The notes beneath the pieces were generated by a model. The model searched no databases and had not been told where the DNA came from. It saw nothing but the letters and a program-made list of their open reading frames with translations. A DNA stretch of 64,000 bases from assembly GCA_963696495.1 (NCBI GenBank), contig CAVOKJ010000001.1:155467-219466 (forward strand). Reading direction: 5' to 3'. The translations under genes and the position numbers were made by a program. Below are positions 1-12,283 of the stretch, one piece after another. Source of the DNA: an uncultured Acidimicrobiales bacterium (lineage in GTDB: Bacteria; Actinomycetota; Acidimicrobiia; Acidimicrobiales; RAAP-2). Position 1 is the stretch's first letter. Every line of letters starts with the position of its first letter.

Positions 1-779
1 GCCGCGGCCGGCGGGGCGGGACGAACGGGCCCCAACGCGGCAGCGACGTCGAGGCGGAGCTCCACCTCTCCTTCGAGGACGCCGTCAAAGGGGTGACGAC
101 CTCGGTCAACCTGACCACCGACGCCCGGTGCCACACCTGCGCGGGGAGCGGCTCGGCGCCGGGGACCCAACCGGCCACCTGCCCCCGCTGCCACGGGTCG
201 GGCACCCTCCAGGACGACCAGGGGCTGTTCTCGCTCAGCCAGATCTGCCCGCAGTGCGGCGGACGGGGCACGGTGGTGACGACGCCCTGCCCGACCTGCC
301 ACGGCACGGGGGTCGAGCACCGCAACCGCTCGGTCAAGGTCCGGATCCCCGCCGGGGTGGAGGACGGCCAGCGCATCCGGGTCAAGGGCCGCGGCGCGGC
401 CGGGCGCGGGAACGCCCCGAGTGGGGACCTCTATGTGGTCGTCCGGGTGGACCGCCACGGCCTGTTCGGCCGGCGCGGCCGCAATCTCACCCTGTCGGTC
501 CCCGTCTCCTACCCCGAGGCCGCCCTGGGCACGACCATCACCGTGCCCACACTCACCGAACCGGTGACGCTCAAGGTGCCGGCGGGAACGCCGTCGGGCC
601 GCACGTTCAGGGTGAAGGGCCGGGGAGTCCCGGCCGGACGGAAGAGCTCGACCGGCGACCTGCTGGTCACCGTCGAGGTGGACGTGCCCGGTTCGCTGAC
701 CGACGAGCAGCGCGCCGCCGTCGAGGCCCTGGCCGCCGTGGTCGAGCCGCCGGCGCGCGACGCCCTGGGAGTGGCATGA
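1..779 (+). CDS. dnaJ: Chaperone DnaJ, C-terminal part (5' end lies outside the window)
   Basis: Frame 3 is open from nt 3. The translation has four CxxCxGxG zinc-finger repeats ([32 protein letters not shown]) and DnaJ C-terminal substrate-binding sequence. hspR follows directly. Confidence 0.9.
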   Translation, partial: RGRRGGTNGPQRGSDVEAELHLSFEDAVKGVTTSVNLTTDARCHTCAGSGSAPGTQPATCPRCHGSGTLQDDQGLFSLSQICPQCGGRGTVVTTPCPTCHGTGVEHRNRSVKVRIPAGVEDGQRIRVKGRGAAGRGNAPSGDLYVVVRVDRHGLFGRRGRNLTLSVPVSYPEAALGTTITVPTLTEPVTLKVPAGTPSGRTFRVKGRGVPAGRKSSTGDLLVTVEVDVPGSLTDEQRAAVEALAAVVEPPARDALGVA

Positions 780-1183
780 GCGACGATCCCCGCAGCCGGG
801 CCGTCTACGTCATCTCGGTGGCCGCCGAGCTCACCGGCGTCCACCCCCAGACCCTGCGGGTCTACGAGCGCAAGGGCCTACTCGAGCCGGGTCGAACCCG
901 GGGCGGCAGTCGCCGGTTCAGCGAGGAGGACCTCGAGCGCCTCCGTCACATCCAGTCCCTGACCAATGCCGGCCTCAACCTCGAGGGCGTCCGCCAGGTG
1001 ATGGAGCTCGAGGCCGAGGTGGCCCGCCTGCGGGACGAGCTCGCCACCACCCGGGCCGAGGCGCGCGAGGCCCTGGCCGTCACCCACCGTCAGTACCGGC
1101 GCGATCTCGTGCCGTTGTCCCAGAAGCTGGTGCCCACCCGGTCGCCGCGCCGTTCCCCCCAGGGCACAGGAGGTAACCGATGA
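776..1183 (+). CDS. hspR: MerR-family heat-shock repressor HspR
   Basis: ATG 776 overlaps the dnaJ stop (ATGA). MerR-type HTH: [46 protein letters not shown]. Its position after dnaJ is the classic actinobacterial arrangement. Confidence 0.85.
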   Translation: MSDDPRSRAVYVISVAAELTGVHPQTLRVYERKGLLEPGRTRGGSRRFSEEDLERLRHIQSLTNAGLNLEGVRQVMELEAEVARLRDELATTRAEAREALAVTHRQYRRDLVPLSQKLVPTRSPRRSPQGTGGNR

Positions 1184-3672
1184 CCATCAACCCCGAGCGC
1201 TGGACCGTCAAGACCCAGGAGGCCTTCGCCTCCGCCGTCGAGCGGGCCCGCTCCTCCCACAACGCCGAGGTCACGCCGGAGCACGTGCTGGCGGCCGTGC
1301 TCGACCAGCCCGACGGCATCGCCGGGCCGGTCCTCACGAGGCTGGGCATCGAACCGGCGGTGGTCCGTCAGCGGATCGACGGTGAGCTCGACCGGTTGCC
1401 CAAGGCCTTCGGCGGCCAGGAGCCGGGCATCAACCGCGCCCTCCGGGACGTCCTGACCACGGCCGACGGCCTGCGGACCGACATGGGCGACGAGTACCTG
1501 TCGGTCGAGCACCTCATGCTGGCCACGGCCGACCGCATCGGCGTCGACCGCGACCAGCTCCTCGACGCGCTGCGCGACATCCGCGGCAGTCACCGGGTGA
1601 CCTCGCAGAACCCCGAGGAGACGTTCCAGGCCCTCGAGCGCTATGGACGCGACCTGACCGCGCTGGCCCGCCAGGGAAAGATGGACCCGGTCATCGGGCG
1701 GGACGAGGAGGTGCGCCGGGTGATCCAGGTGCTGTCCCGTCGCACGAAGAACAATCCGGTGCTCATCGGAGAGCCCGGCGTGGGCAAGACGGCCATCGTC
1801 GAGGGCCTGGCCCAGCGCATCGTGGAGGGTGACGTGCCCGAGGGCCTGAAGGGCAAGCGGGTCATCGGCCTCGACATGGGCTCCATGGTCGCCGGGGCCA
1901 AGTACCGGGGCGAGTTCGAGGAGCGGCTGAAGGCCGTGCTGAAGGAGATCACCGACGCCGAGGGCGAGGTGATCACCTTCATCGACGAGCTGCACACCAT
2001 CGTGGGGGCCGGCGGCGGGGCCGAGGGCGCCATGGACGCCGGCAACATGATCAAGCCGATGCTGGCCCGGGGTGAGCTCCGGCTCATCGGGGCCACCACC
2101 CTCGACGAGTACCGCCAGTACATCGAGAAGGACGCGGCGCTCGAGCGCCGGTTCCAGCAGGTCTTCGTCCCGCCCCCGTCGGTGGAGGACACCATCGCCA
2201 TCCTGCGGGGCCTGAAGGAGCGCTACGAGGTGCACCACGGCGTCCGCATCCAGGACGCGGCGCTGGTGGCGGCGGCCGTCCTCTCCGACCGCTACGTGAC
2301 CGGCCGGTTCCTGCCGGACAAGGCCATCGACCTGATGGACGAGGCGGCCAGCCGCCTGCGGATCGAGATCGACTCCATGCCCACCGAGCTCGACGTGGTC
2401 ACCCGGCGCCTGCGCCAGCTGGAGATCGAGCGGATGGCCCTGGCCAAGGAGACCGACAGCGCGTCGGCCGAACGGTTGGCCCGCCTCGACGAGGAGATGG
2501 CCAACCTCCAGGAGGAGTCGTCGGCCATGACGGCGCACTGGCAGGCGGAGAAGGAGGCCATCGCCACCATCCAGCACCTGAAGGGCGAGCTCGAGCAGCT
2601 GCGCGGCGATGCCGAGCGGCTCAGCCGCGAGGGCAACCTGGCGCAGGCCTCGGAGATCACCTACGGGCGCATCCCCGAACTGGAGCACCAGGTGGAGGTG
2701 GCGACCCAGGCCCTCGACGAGCTGCAGAAGAGCCAGCGCTTCCTCAAAGAGGAGGTCGACGCCGAGGACGTGGCCGAGGTGGTCAGCCGCGCCACCGGGG
2801 TCCCGGTGAGCCGGTTGCTCGAGGGCGAGGTGGAGAAGCTCATCCGCATGGAGGACGCCCTCCACGCCCGGGTGGTGGGCCAGGACGACGCGGTCAGCGC
2901 GGTGTCCAACGCCATACGCCGCAGCCGGGCCGGGCTCTCCGACCCCCACCGCCCCATCGGCTCGTTCCTGTTCATGGGCCCGACCGGAGTCGGCAAGACC
3001 GAGCTGGCCCGGGCGCTCGCCGAGTTCCTGTTCGACGACGCCCGTGCCATGGTCCGCATCGACATGAGCGAGTACGGCGAGCGCCACTCGGTGGCCCGGC
3101 TGGTCGGTGCACCCCCCGGCTACGTCGGCTACGAGGAGGGCGGCCAGCTGACCGAGGCGGTGCGACGCCGGCCCTACGCCGTGGTGCTGCTCGACGAGCT
3201 GGAGAAGGCCCACCCCGACGTCTTCAACATCCTCCTCCAGGTGCTGGAGGACGGTCGCCTCACCGACGGCCAGGGAAGGACGGTCGACTTCACCAACACC
3301 GTGCTCATCATGACCTCGAACATCCCCGGTGAGCCCATCGAGTTCTTCAAGCCCGAGTTCGTCAACCGCATCGACGAGATCGTGCGGTTCCACCGGTTGA
3401 GCGAGGCCGACCTCGCCCGCATCGTGACCATCCAGCTGGGGTCCCTGCGGGGGCGGCTGGCCGAGCGTCGCCTGTCGCTGTCGGTGACCCCGGCGGCCGA
3501 GGAGGCCCTGTCCCGTGCCGGCTTCGACCCCGACTTCGGGGCCCGGCCCCTGCGCCGGGTCATCCAGCGCCAGGTGGAGGACCCCCTGGCCCTCGCCCTG
3601 CTCGAGGGGCGCTACCCCGAGGGCTCGACGGTGACGGTCGATGCCAAGGACGGCTCGATCACGCTGGTGTGA
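1180..3672 (+). CDS. clpB: ATP-dependent chaperone/disaggregase ClpB (830 aa)
   Basis: AGGAGG lies 6 nt upstream, and the ATG overlaps the hspR stop. Two AAA+ modules are present (GEPGVGKTA and GPTGVGKTE Walker A motifs) with a coiled-coil middle domain. Confidence 0.95.
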   Translation: MTINPERWTVKTQEAFASAVERARSSHNAEVTPEHVLAAVLDQPDGIAGPVLTRLGIEPAVVRQRIDGELDRLPKAFGGQEPGINRALRDVLTTADGLRTDMGDEYLSVEHLMLATADRIGVDRDQLLDALRDIRGSHRVTSQNPEETFQALERYGRDLTALARQGKMDPVIGRDEEVRRVIQVLSRRTKNNPVLIGEPGVGKTAIVEGLAQRIVEGDVPEGLKGKRVIGLDMGSMVAGAKYRGEFEERLKAVLKEITDAEGEVITFIDELHTIVGAGGGAEGAMDAGNMIKPMLARGELRLIGATTLDEYRQYIEKDAALERRFQQVFVPPPSVEDTIAILRGLKERYEVHHGVRIQDAALVAAAVLSDRYVTGRFLPDKAIDLMDEAASRLRIEIDSMPTELDVVTRRLRQLEIERMALAKETDSASAERLARLDEEMANLQEESSAMTAHWQAEKEAIATIQHLKGELEQLRGDAERLSREGNLAQASEITYGRIPELEHQVEVATQALDELQKSQRFLKEEVDAEDVAEVVSRATGVPVSRLLEGEVEKLIRMEDALHARVVGQDDAVSAVSNAIRRSRAGLSDPHRPIGSFLFMGPTGVGKTELARALAEFLFDDARAMVRIDMSEYGERHSVARLVGAPPGYVGYEEGGQLTEAVRRRPYAVVLLDELEKAHPDVFNILLQVLEDGRLTDGQGRTVDFTNTVLIMTSNIPGEPIEFFKPEFVNRIDEIVRFHRLSEADLARIVTIQLGSLRGRLAERRLSLSVTPAAEEALSRAGFDPDFGARPLRRVIQRQVEDPLALALLEGRYPEGSTVTVDAKDGSITLV

Positions 3673-3699
3673 CCGGTCGCCCCGTGGCCCCGCGCCCGG

Positions 3700-5838
3700 G
3701 TGGACGGCCGGGGCGGGTGCGGCCATCATGTGGGCCGGAACGAGGCGTGGAGGTGCCCATCGGATGCGTCGTACGTGGACTGCTCCGAGATCGGCGCGTC
3801 CCCGCGCCGAGCGGACGGTGAGCCGACCGGTGCGGAGCGGCCGGTGACGACGCTGGCCCCGCTGGTGGCGACGGTCACCATCAGGCTCTCGTTCAAGAAC
3901 GTCTTCTCGTTCGTCCTGGCGATCGTCTTCGTCATCGTGCTGGGGCTGGTGAGCAGTCGCCTGGTCGGGATCACCGTCGGTCGCTGGCGGTCGATGCTCA
4001 CCGCCCTCGTCGGGACGCTCATCGGGGTGGCCGGCGCCCAGGCCGTGGTGCACGGCCGGTACGACGGCGACGTCGCCTACGCGCTCACCGCGCTGTTCGG
4101 TCTGCTCGCCACCATGGTGCTGCTGATCATCCCCGAGGCCGTCGGCCGCTCGCGCTCCGCTGACCGGGGCCGCCGGCCGCGCCGGCTCTGGCTCCACCCC
4201 GTCCGCTGGCTCCGCCGCACGTTCGCCCCGCTGTCCCGGTCACTGGAGGTGCTCGGGAGCGCCCGTCGCCACGGGCTGGCCCGTCCGCAGTACCTCTCGT
4301 CGTCGGGCATCGAGTCGGCCGAGTTCGGCCACCGGCTCCGCCTCACCCTCGAGGACGTCGGTGGGATGTTCGTGAAGTTCGGCCAGATCGCCTCGACCCG
4401 CAGCGACCTCCTGGCCGAGCCGGTGATCGAGGAGCTATCCCATCTGCGGTCGGCGGTCCGGCCGATACCGGCCGGGGAGATCCGACCGCTGGTCGAGGCC
4501 GAGCTGGGACGCCCGATCGAAGAGGTGTTCGCCACGTTCGACTTCGAACCGCTGGCCTCGGCGTCGATCGGACAGGTCCACCGGGCCACGCTCACAACGG
4601 GCGAGTCGGTCGTGGTCAAGATCCAGCGACCCGGCCTCGACGACCTGCTCCGCCGGGATGCCACGGTGCTGCGGCTGGCCGCCAGGATCGCCGAGCGGCG
4701 GGTGCCCCAGGCCCGGGCCTTCGGTGTGCGCTCCCTGGCCGAGGAGCTGATCACCAGCATGGACCACGAGCTCGACTACCTCCGTGAGGCCGCCATGTGC
4801 GACCGGCTGCGTGCGGTGGTGAGCCACGACGACCCGGCCGAGGACGTGATCCGGATACCGCTCGTCTTCCATCAGCTGTGCACCGACCGCCTCCTCGTGA
4901 TGGAGCAGGCCCCCGGCCGGGCCATCGACGCTCCGGGCGCCATCGCCGGCAGCGGGGCACCGCCCCACCTGCTGGCCGCCGCCCTGCTCAGCAGCTTCCT
5001 CCAGCAGGTGCTCCAGGGCATGGCCTTCCACGCCGACCCCCACCCCGGCAACCTCATGGTCGACGAGTGGGGCCGGCTGTGGCTGCTCGACTTCGGAGCG
5101 GTGGGCCTGCTCGACCCCACCACCCGGCGGGCGCTCCAGGACATCGCCATCGGCATGAGCGCCGGCGAGCCGATGGTGGTGGCCCGGGCCGTGCGCCACC
5201 TGGCCGGCGCCGAGGCCACCGCCGACCTGCAGGTCCTGGAGAACGACATCGGGATGCTGATGGTGGAGACGGCCGGCGGGTTCGACCCGTCGGTCGTGCC
5301 CGAGGTCCTCTCGGTGATGACGCGGCACGGCATGAAGGTCCCGCCCTCGATGACCTCGCTGTCGAAGGCGCTGATCACCCTGGAGGGCACCCTCCGGGTC
5401 ATCGACCCCTCCTTCGAGCTGGCCACCGAGGCGTCGTCGGTGGCCGACGAGCTGTCCGACCACGATCCCGAGGTGATGGGCGACCTGCTCCAACAGGAGC
5501 TGCGGCGCTCGCTCCCGGCGCTCCGCTCCCTGCCCGAGCACATCGACGAGCTGGCCACCCAGCTGCGCAGCGGCCGCATGAGCGTGCGGGTCGAGCGGTT
5601 CGCCGGGCGCGACGAGCTGGTGGTGAGCGGGTGGATCGACCGCGCCCTCATCGCCTTCTTCGGGTGTGTGGGACTGCTGGCCTCGGGGGTGCTCCTGGTG
5701 GCGGCCGAGCTGGCCCGGTCGTCGGACATCCGGCTGACCCTGCAGTCGATCGGCTTCATCGGCCTGGTGTTCTCCTCCGTCCTGTTCATGCGGTCGACGG
5801 CCCAGATCCTCCGGCGCGAGCGGACCTCCACCGGCTGA
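3700..5838 (+). CDS. ABC1/UbiB-family atypical kinase with N- and C-terminal TM segments (start uncertain)
   Basis: ABC1 signature [14 protein letters not shown]...[13 protein letters not shown]...VVKIQRPG...HADPHPGNL. Several in-frame GTGs (3700, 3727, 3844) are possible starts. Confidence 0.8.
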   Translation: MDGRGGCGHHVGRNEAWRCPSDASYVDCSEIGASPRRADGEPTGAERPVTTLAPLVATVTIRLSFKNVFSFVLAIVFVIVLGLVSSRLVGITVGRWRSMLTALVGTLIGVAGAQAVVHGRYDGDVAYALTALFGLLATMVLLIIPEAVGRSRSADRGRRPRRLWLHPVRWLRRTFAPLSRSLEVLGSARRHGLARPQYLSSSGIESAEFGHRLRLTLEDVGGMFVKFGQIASTRSDLLAEPVIEELSHLRSAVRPIPAGEIRPLVEAELGRPIEEVFATFDFEPLASASIGQVHRATLTTGESVVVKIQRPGLDDLLRRDATVLRLAARIAERRVPQARAFGVRSLAEELITSMDHELDYLREAAMCDRLRAVVSHDDPAEDVIRIPLVFHQLCTDRLLVMEQAPGRAIDAPGAIAGSGAPPHLLAAALLSSFLQQVLQGMAFHADPHPGNLMVDEWGRLWLLDFGAVGLLDPTTRRALQDIAIGMSAGEPMVVARAVRHLAGAEATADLQVLENDIGMLMVETAGGFDPSVVPEVLSVMTRHGMKVPPSMTSLSKALITLEGTLRVIDPSFELATEASSVADELSDHDPEVMGDLLQQELRRSLPALRSLPEHIDELATQLRSGRMSVRVERFAGRDELVVSGWIDRALIAFFGCVGLLASGVLLVAAELARSSDIRLTLQSIGFIGLVFSSVLFMRSTAQILRRERTSTG

Positions 5839-5929
5839 CGGCCCCCGGGCCCCGGCCGGCCCGGCCCGGGCCCCCGCGGTGCGGGCTACAATGGTGCGTA
5901 ATCCGCTTTTCGCAACGGAGGAGAGACGC

Positions 5930-7210
5930 GTGCCGGCAACCGTCGTCGTCGGGACCCAGTGGGGGGATGAGGGCAAGGGCAAGCTCACCGACCTCCTGGC
6001 CAAGGAGATGGAGCTGGTCGTCCGCTACCAGGGTGGCCACAACGCCGGCCACACCATCGTGGTGGACGGGGAGACCTTCGCCCTCCAGCTGGTGCCGAGC
6101 GGCGTCCTCTACGACCACATCACGCCGGTCATCGGCAACGGGGTGGTGGTCGATCCCACCGTCCTGCTGGCCGAGGTCGACACGCTGGGGGCCAAGGGCA
6201 TCGACACCTCGCGCCTGCTGGTGAGCGGCAACGCCCACCTGATCATGCCCTACCACCACGAGCTGGACCGGCTGACCGAGCGGTACCTGGGGAAGAACAG
6301 CCTCGGGACCACCAAGCGGGGGATCGGGCCGGCGTACGCCGACAAGTCGTCCCGCGTCGGCCTCCGGGTCCAGGACCTCCTCGACCCCAAGATCTTCCGA
6401 CAGAAGCTCGACGTGGTGCTGAAGGAGAAGAACGCCGTCCTGGCCAAGGTGTACAACCGCCTCCCGCTCTCGGCCGACGAGATCTGCGCGCACTACCTCG
6501 GCGAGCTGGCCCCCCGGGTGGGCCCGATGGTGGCCGACACGGTGGGGTTGCTCCACGAGTCCCTGGAACGGGGGGCCCACGTGCTGCTGGAGGGGGCCCA
6601 GGCCACCTTCCTCGACCTCGACCACGGCACCTACCCGTTCGTCACCTCCTCCAACCCGGTGGCCGGCGGAGCGTGCACGGGTGCGGGGATCGGCCCCCGG
6701 TTCATCGACGAGGTCATCGGGATCGCCAAGGCCTACGTGACGCGGGTGGGCAGCGGCCCCTTCCCCACCGAACTGCTCGACGAGATCGGGGACACCCTGG
6801 TCGACCGGGGCCACGAGTACGGCGTGAACACCAAGCGCCGGCGCCGGCCCGGATGGTTCGACGCCGTCATGATGCGCCAGGCGGTCAGGCTCAACTCGCT
6901 GTCGGAGGTGGCCCTGACCAAGCTCGACGTGCTCGACACCTTCGACACGGTCAAGGTGTGCGTGGCCTACGAGGCCAACGGCGAGCGGTTCACCCATCCG
7001 CCCTACCACCAGTCGATCTTCCACCAGGTGACCCCGGTCTACGAGGAGCTGCCCGGGTGGAAGACCGACATCTCGGGCGCCACCGAGATCGGCGACCTGC
7101 CCCAGGCGGCACGCGACTACGTCCATTTCCTGGCCGAGCAGATCGGCACCCCGGTGCGCCTGGTCGGGGTGGGCCCGGGTCGTGAGCAGTTCGTGCGCTT
7201 CGCCGCATGA
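5930..7210 (+). CDS. purA: Adenylosuccinate synthetase
   Basis: GTG 5930 is preceded by GGAGGAG. The N-terminus [18 protein letters not shown] matches the PurA P-loop, and the family is recognisable over the full length. Confidence 0.95.
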   Translation: MPATVVVGTQWGDEGKGKLTDLLAKEMELVVRYQGGHNAGHTIVVDGETFALQLVPSGVLYDHITPVIGNGVVVDPTVLLAEVDTLGAKGIDTSRLLVSGNAHLIMPYHHELDRLTERYLGKNSLGTTKRGIGPAYADKSSRVGLRVQDLLDPKIFRQKLDVVLKEKNAVLAKVYNRLPLSADEICAHYLGELAPRVGPMVADTVGLLHESLERGAHVLLEGAQATFLDLDHGTYPFVTSSNPVAGGACTGAGIGPRFIDEVIGIAKAYVTRVGSGPFPTELLDEIGDTLVDRGHEYGVNTKRRRRPGWFDAVMMRQAVRLNSLSEVALTKLDVLDTFDTVKVCVAYEANGERFTHPPYHQSIFHQVTPVYEELPGWKTDISGATEIGDLPQAARDYVHFLAEQIGTPVRLVGVGPGREQFVRFAA

Positions 7211-8613
7211 GCGGCGGGGGACCGGCGTCGGGGTCGGCGACCGCCGTCGGGTCGGTGTGCGTGGTCGGCTCGGGGGGCCGCGAGCATGCTCTGGCTCTGG
7301 CGTTGGGCCGCACCGCCGAGGTGATCGTGACCCCGGGGAACCCGGGCATCACCGGCACCACCCCCGAGGGGCACACCATCGTGAGCGTGGCGACGCCCGT
7401 CGAGGAGATCGAGGCCGACCTCTACGTCATCGGGCCCGAGGCACCGCTGGTCGACGGTCTGGCCGACCGGCTCCGGGCCTCGGGCCGGCTGGTGTTCGGG
7501 CCCGGCGCCGACGGCGCCCGGCTCGAGGGGTCGAAGGCGTTCATGAAGGAGGTGCTCGACGAGGCCGGGGTGCCCACCGCCCGGTTCGGGGTGTTCGACG
7601 ACCCGGGGGCGGCCCAGGCCTACCTGCGCACCCTCCCGGGCCCGTGGGTCATCAAGACGGACGGGCTGGCCGCCGGCAAGGGCGTCCTGGTCACCGACTC
7701 GCTGGCCGACGCCGACGCCGACATCGACACCAAGCTCTCGGGTGAGGCGTTCGGGTCCGCCGGGCGCAAGGTCGTGATCGAGGAGGGCCTGACCGGCCCG
7801 GAGTGCTCGTTGCTGGTGCTGTGCGACGGCGAACGCCTGGTGGCGCTGGCACCGGCCCAGGACTTCAAGCGGCGTGACGACCATGACGGCGGCCCCAACA
7901 CGGGGGGCATGGGGGCCTACTCGCCCGTCCCCTTCGTGGACGACGCGCTGGTGGCCACGCTGGTCGACGAGGCGGTGGCGCCGCTCGTCAAGGTCCTCCG
8001 CGCCCGGGGCATCGACTACCGGGGCGTCCTCTACGCCGGGCTCATGCTGACACCCGAGGGTCCGAAGGTGCTCGAGTTCAACGTCCGCTTCGGCGACCCC
8101 GAGACCCAGGTGGTGCTGCCCCGGCTCGACGGCGACCTGGCCGGCCTGCTGGCCGAGGTGGCGGCCGGGGCGCTGACCACGGTCCCCCGCTTCGCCGACA
8201 CGGCCGCCGTGTGCGTGGTGATGGCGTCCGAGGGCTACCCCGAGTCGCCGAGGACCGGCGACGTGGTCGTCGGCATCGCCGACGCCGCGGCCATCGACGG
8301 GGTCACGGTCTTCCAGGCCGGCACCGCTCGAGCCGACGCGGGGAACACCGCTCCGGCCGACGCTGCGGGCACCGCCGGTGGCGACGGTGCACGGGCCCCG
8401 GTGGTCACGGCGGGCGGCCGGGTGCTGGGGGTCACCGGCCTCGGCCACTCGCTCGGGGAGGCCCGCTCCCTGGCGTACCGCGGCGTGTCGGCCATCTCCT
8501 GGCCCGGTGCCCACTCGCGGTCCGACATCGCCCGGGCCGCCGTCGACGACCCGGTGGCCGCAGGAGGCTTCGTCCGTGCCGACGCCGGGACGGCCCGTGA
8601 GGTGACCGGATGA
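7207..8613 (+). CDS. purD: Phosphoribosylamine-glycine ligase
   Basis: [18 protein letters not shown]-terminus and an ATP-grasp core. The ATGA overlaps the purA stop. A Gly/Ala-rich insertion and a C-terminal extension are present. Confidence 0.9.
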   Translation: MSGGGPASGSATAVGSVCVVGSGGREHALALALGRTAEVIVTPGNPGITGTTPEGHTIVSVATPVEEIEADLYVIGPEAPLVDGLADRLRASGRLVFGPGADGARLEGSKAFMKEVLDEAGVPTARFGVFDDPGAAQAYLRTLPGPWVIKTDGLAAGKGVLVTDSLADADADIDTKLSGEAFGSAGRKVVIEEGLTGPECSLLVLCDGERLVALAPAQDFKRRDDHDGGPNTGGMGAYSPVPFVDDALVATLVDEAVAPLVKVLRARGIDYRGVLYAGLMLTPEGPKVLEFNVRFGDPETQVVLPRLDGDLAGLLAEVAAGALTTVPRFADTAAVCVVMASEGYPESPRTGDVVVGIADAAAIDGVTVFQAGTARADAGNTAPADAAGTAGGDGARAPVVTAGGRVLGVTGLGHSLGEARSLAYRGVSAISWPGAHSRSDIARAAVDDPVAAGGFVRADAGTAREVTG

Positions 8614-9947
8614 TCCCGCGGTACGCGCCGGCGGAGATGGCCGCCCTCTTCTCCGACGAGGCCCGCTTCGCCATGTGGCTCCGGGTCGAGCTGTTGGCCA
8701 CCGAGGGGTGGGTCGAGGTGGGGGACGTGCCGGCCGAGGCGGCCGAGGCCTGCCGCCGTCGCGCCCCAAAGGTCGATGGCGCCTTCGTCGAGGCGGTGGC
8801 GGAGCGGGAGCGGGTGACCGACCATGACGTCGCCGCCTTCGTGGACGTGGTGCAGGACGCCATCGGCCAGCCCGAGGGATCGTGGATCCACTACGGGCTC
8901 ACCTCCTCCGACGTGGTCGACACCGCGCTGTGCGCCACCCTCACCCAAGCAGCCGACCTGCTCATCGACGCATGCACCGGGCTGGTAGGCGCACTGCGTT
9001 CGCGGGCCGTCGAGCACATCGACACCCCGGTGACGGGGCGCACGCACGGGATGCACGCCGAGCCCACCACCTTCGGCGCCAAGTTCTCGCTGTGGGCGTT
9101 GCAGGCCGACCGCGATGTCCAGCGCCTGCGGGCGGCCCGGGACCGGGTGTCGGTGGGCAAGCTCTCCGGGGCCGTCGGCACCTACTCGAACATCGACCCA
9201 CGGGTGGAGGCACACGTCTGCCGCTCCCTCGGCCTGACCCCCACCCCGGCCACCCAGGTGGTCGCCCGCGACCGCCACGCCGAGTACCTGTGGGCCTGCG
9301 CCGCGGTGGGCGCCACCATCGAGCTGATCGCCACCGAGGTCCGCCACATGGCCCGGAGCGAACTGGGTGAGGCCGAGGAGCCCTTCCGGGCCGGCCAGAA
9401 GGGGAGCTCGGCGATGCCGCACAAGCGCAACCCGATCCTCTCGGAGCGGTTGTGCGGCCTGGCCCGTGTGCTGCGCGGCTACCTGTCGGCCGGTCTGGAG
9501 GACGTGGCGCTGTGGCACGAGCGGGACATCTCCCACAGCTCGGTGGAACGCGTGGTGCTCCCCGACGCCAGCACGCTCACCCTCTACATGCTGCAGAAGG
9601 CCAAGGGGCTGGTCGAGGGACTGGTGATCCACCCCGAACGGGCACTGGCCACCCTGACCGAGGGCAGCCGCGGGCTGGTGTTCAGCCAGTCGGTGCTCCT
9701 CGCCCTCGTCAGTGGTGGGCTGAGCAGGGACGCCGCCTACCGCATCGTGCAGCGGGATGCCCGGACCGCCTGGGAGGAGGGCCGACCGTTCCGCGAGGTA
9801 CTCGAGGCGGACCCCGAGATGACCCTGTCGGGGGACGCGCTCGACGAAGCGTTCGACCTCACCCGCACGTTGCGCCACGTCCACCGGTTCACCGACGCCC
9901 TCGAGGACCTGGGTGGCTCCGGTGGCACGGGCGGCCCGGTCCCGTGA
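8610..9947 (+). CDS. purB: Adenylosuccinate lyase
   Basis: [10 protein letters not shown]...THGMHAEPTTFG...GSSAMPHKRNP (fumarate-lyase signature). Overlaps the purD stop. Confidence 0.95.
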   Translation: MIPRYAPAEMAALFSDEARFAMWLRVELLATEGWVEVGDVPAEAAEACRRRAPKVDGAFVEAVAERERVTDHDVAAFVDVVQDAIGQPEGSWIHYGLTSSDVVDTALCATLTQAADLLIDACTGLVGALRSRAVEHIDTPVTGRTHGMHAEPTTFGAKFSLWALQADRDVQRLRAARDRVSVGKLSGAVGTYSNIDPRVEAHVCRSLGLTPTPATQVVARDRHAEYLWACAAVGATIELIATEVRHMARSELGEAEEPFRAGQKGSSAMPHKRNPILSERLCGLARVLRGYLSAGLEDVALWHERDISHSSVERVVLPDASTLTLYMLQKAKGLVEGLVIHPERALATLTEGSRGLVFSQSVLLALVSGGLSRDAAYRIVQRDARTAWEEGRPFREVLEADPEMTLSGDALDEAFDLTRTLRHVHRFTDALEDLGGSGGTGGPVP

Positions 9948-10855
9948 CCGGCCCACCGGCGGGGGAGCCGCTGCGATTGATCCAGTCCGGCAAGGTCCGG
10001 GACCTCTACGACGCCGGCGAGGACCGTCTGTTGATGGTGGCCTCCGACAGGATCTCCGCGTTCGACGTGGTCATGGCCGAGCCCATCCCCCAGAAGGGCC
10101 GCGTCCTGACCGCCATGACCGCCCACTGGTTGGGTGAGCTGGCCGACCTGGCCCCCAACCACCTGATCAGCGCCGACGTCGCCGATCTCCCCGCCGGCGC
10201 CGCGGCACTGCCGGGTGGCCTCGAGCGGCTGGCCGGGCGCACGATGCTGGTCCGCCGGGCGGAGATGCTCGACATCGAGTGCATCGTCCGTGGCTACCTG
10301 GCCGGCTCGGCCTACAAGGAGTACCAGCGGTCCGGGACCGTGCACGGGATGCGCATGCCGGACGGCCTGCGCCACGCCGACCGCCTGCCGGAGCCTGTCT
10401 TCACGCCGTCGACGAAGGCGCCGGTGGGTGGCAAGGACCTCAACATCGGCCTGGACGAAGCCGCCGACCTGGTGGGCCGTGAGGCCGTCACGGCCGCCGC
10501 CGAGCTGTGCCTCACCGCCTACTCGAGAGCGGCGGTCCGCGCCGAGGAGCACGGGATCGTGATCTGCGACACCAAGTTCGAGCTCGGCTTCATCGACGGC
10601 GTGCTGTCCCTGTGCGACGAGGTGCTGACTCCGGACTCGTCGCGCTTCTGGCCGGCCGACGACTGCGCACCGGGGACCAACCCGCCGTCGTTCGACAAGC
10701 AACCCCTGCGCGACTGGCTCGAAGGGCAGCCGTGGGACAAGCAGCCGCCGCCGCCCCCCCTTCCACCGGAGATCGTCGGGGCCACCTCGACGAGGTACGT
10801 GAGTGCCTACGAGCGGGTCTGCGGGCGTTCTCTTCGCGACTGGTACGGTGCCTGA
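9944..10855 (+). CDS. purC: SAICAR synthetase
   Basis: GTG 9944 overlaps the purB stop (GTGA). The LIQSGKVRDLYD...ASDRISAFD motif is present. Confidence 0.9.
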   Translation: MTGPPAGEPLRLIQSGKVRDLYDAGEDRLLMVASDRISAFDVVMAEPIPQKGRVLTAMTAHWLGELADLAPNHLISADVADLPAGAAALPGGLERLAGRTMLVRRAEMLDIECIVRGYLAGSAYKEYQRSGTVHGMRMPDGLRHADRLPEPVFTPSTKAPVGGKDLNIGLDEAADLVGREAVTAAAELCLTAYSRAAVRAEEHGIVICDTKFELGFIDGVLSLCDEVLTPDSSRFWPADDCAPGTNPPSFDKQPLRDWLEGQPWDKQPPPPPLPPEIVGATSTRYVSAYERVCGRSLRDWYGA

Positions 10856-10857
10856 TC

Positions 10858-11133
10858 ATGGCCGGGACAACCAACTTCTCCGTGCTGGTCGAGGTCCGGT
10901 TGAGGGACGGGATCGCCGACCCGCAGGGCGCAACGATCGAGCGGGCGCTGCCTGCCCTCGGGCTGCACGGGGTCACCGGGATGAGGGCGGGCAAGTCGTT
11001 CCGGTTCGACATCGCCGCCGCCGATGACGCCGAAGCCCTGGCCCAGGCCACGGTGGTGGCCGACCGCCTGCTGGCCAACCCGGTGATCGAGGAGTCGTCC
11101 GTCACCGTGCAGCCGAACGGATCGGGTACCTGA
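10858..11133 (+). CDS. purS: FGAM synthase subunit PurS
   Basis: A 91-aa protein (VEVRLRDGIADPQGATIERAL) lying between purC and purQ. Confidence 0.85.
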   Translation: MAGTTNFSVLVEVRLRDGIADPQGATIERALPALGLHGVTGMRAGKSFRFDIAAADDAEALAQATVVADRLLANPVIEESSVTVQPNGSGT

Positions 11134-11825
11134 TGGCGCCCCGCATCGGCGTGGTCATCTTCCCCGGCACCAACTGCGAGCACGATGCCCTCCTGGCCGT
11201 GGAGCGCATGGGTGCCGCCGCCGCGCTGGTATGGCACGGTGACGCCTCGGTGGCCGGGTACGACGCGCTGATCCTTCCGGGGGGATTCGCCCACGGCGAC
11301 TACCTGCGCCCGGGGGCCATCGCCCGGTTCTCCCCGGTGATGGAGGCGGTCGGCCGGTTCGCCGCCGAGGGCGGCCCCGTCGTGGGGATCTGCAACGGCT
11401 TCCAGGTCCTGACCGAGGCCGGTCTCCTGCCCGGGGCCCTCCAGAAGAACAGCGGCCTGCGCTTCCTCTGCACCACGGTGGCCGTCCGGGTGGCGTCGGC
11501 CGACTCGCCGCTCACCGCCGGCGTGGCCGTCGGCACCGAGCTGCGGATCCCCATCAACCACTTCGAGGGCAACTACACCTGCGACGCGGAGACCCTGGCC
11601 CGGTTGCGCGACGAGGACCGGGTCGTCCTGCGCTACGTCGACAACCCGAACGGCTCCGTCGACCGGATCGCCGGGGTCTGCAACGAGGCCCGCAACGTGG
11701 TCGGGCTCATGCCCCATCCCGAGCGCGCCTCGGACCCGCTGCTCGGTTCGGCCGACGGCACGGTGCTGCTCGGTGCCCTGCTGGCGTCGGCGACGCTCCG
11801 TGGCTCGGACGAGTCCGCCGCCTGA
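11133..11825 (+). CDS. purQ: FGAM synthase glutaminase subunit PurQ
   Basis: TGATG overlap with purS. Class I glutamine amidotransferase: GICNGFQ nucleophile elbow and MPHPER. Confidence 0.9.
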   Translation: MAPRIGVVIFPGTNCEHDALLAVERMGAAAALVWHGDASVAGYDALILPGGFAHGDYLRPGAIARFSPVMEAVGRFAAEGGPVVGICNGFQVLTEAGLLPGALQKNSGLRFLCTTVAVRVASADSPLTAGVAVGTELRIPINHFEGNYTCDAETLARLRDEDRVVLRYVDNPNGSVDRIAGVCNEARNVVGLMPHPERASDPLLGSADGTVLLGALLASATLRGSDESAA

Positions 11826-11851
11826 CTACCGGAGCCGGGGGGTGAGGCCTC

Positions 11852-12283
11852 TCAGCTGCGGGAGCGGGGGATCTTCGCCTGCTGCAGCACCGAGGCGCTG
11901 ACTCCCACGGTGCGCCACGCCGAGTACGAGATCCCCTTGCGCTCGCCGTAGACACGGGCCACCTTGATGAAGCTCTTCTCCAAAGAGGCCATGTCCACCG
12001 TTTCCCCGGTGTGGGACAGCTCGGACTCGAGCCGCTGCTTCTCCTCCACCAGGTGCAGGCGGGACAACGGGTCGGCCTCGGCCAGGCTGGCATCGATGAC
12101 GGCCAGCCGCTTCTTGATCGACTCCGGTGTCCGCTTCCGTCCCCGACGGGGACGGGACGACTCGAGCGCCTCGAGGTAGCGACGGACCACCCGGCCCTCC
12201 TCGCGTCCCCGAGCCAACGCCGCCTTGTGATCGTCCGACATCGGGGTTTTTTTGCGTGATTTCGTGGAAGTGGTCGCGGCCAT
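11852..12283 (-). CDS. Basic hypothetical protein (143 aa) with a coiled-coil centre
   Basis: Only plausible ORF between purQ and purL. Lys/Arg-rich N-terminus and high third-position GC. I cannot name a family with confidence. Confidence 0.6.
   Translation of the reverse strand: MAATTSTKSRKKTPMSDDHKAALARGREEGRVVRRYLEALESSRPRRGRKRTPESIKKRLAVIDASLAEADPLSRLHLVEEKQRLESELSHTGETVDMASLEKSFIKVARVYGERKGISYSAWRTVGVSASVLQQAKIPRSRS

Noticed and set aside
700-1200. HspR operator (HAIR, CTTGAGT-N7-ACTCAAG) in front of clpB.
   Set aside because: clpB overlaps the hspR stop with no intergenic space, and I saw no HAIR-like inverted repeat. Any operator is presumably upstream of the dnaK operon, outside the window.
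1090-4197. Very long antisense or off-frame ORFs: for example 1090-4197(-), 42242-45373(-), 51990-54596(+), 53536-55212(-) and 35752-37248(-), plus the 5' extensions of 15426-17645(-), 25524-27713(-) and 25647-27578(+).
   Set aside because: These are typical stop-codon-poor shadow frames of ~70% GC DNA. Their translations are Arg/Gly/Pro/Ala-rich with no motifs. Each overlaps a gene with clear family signatures in another frame.
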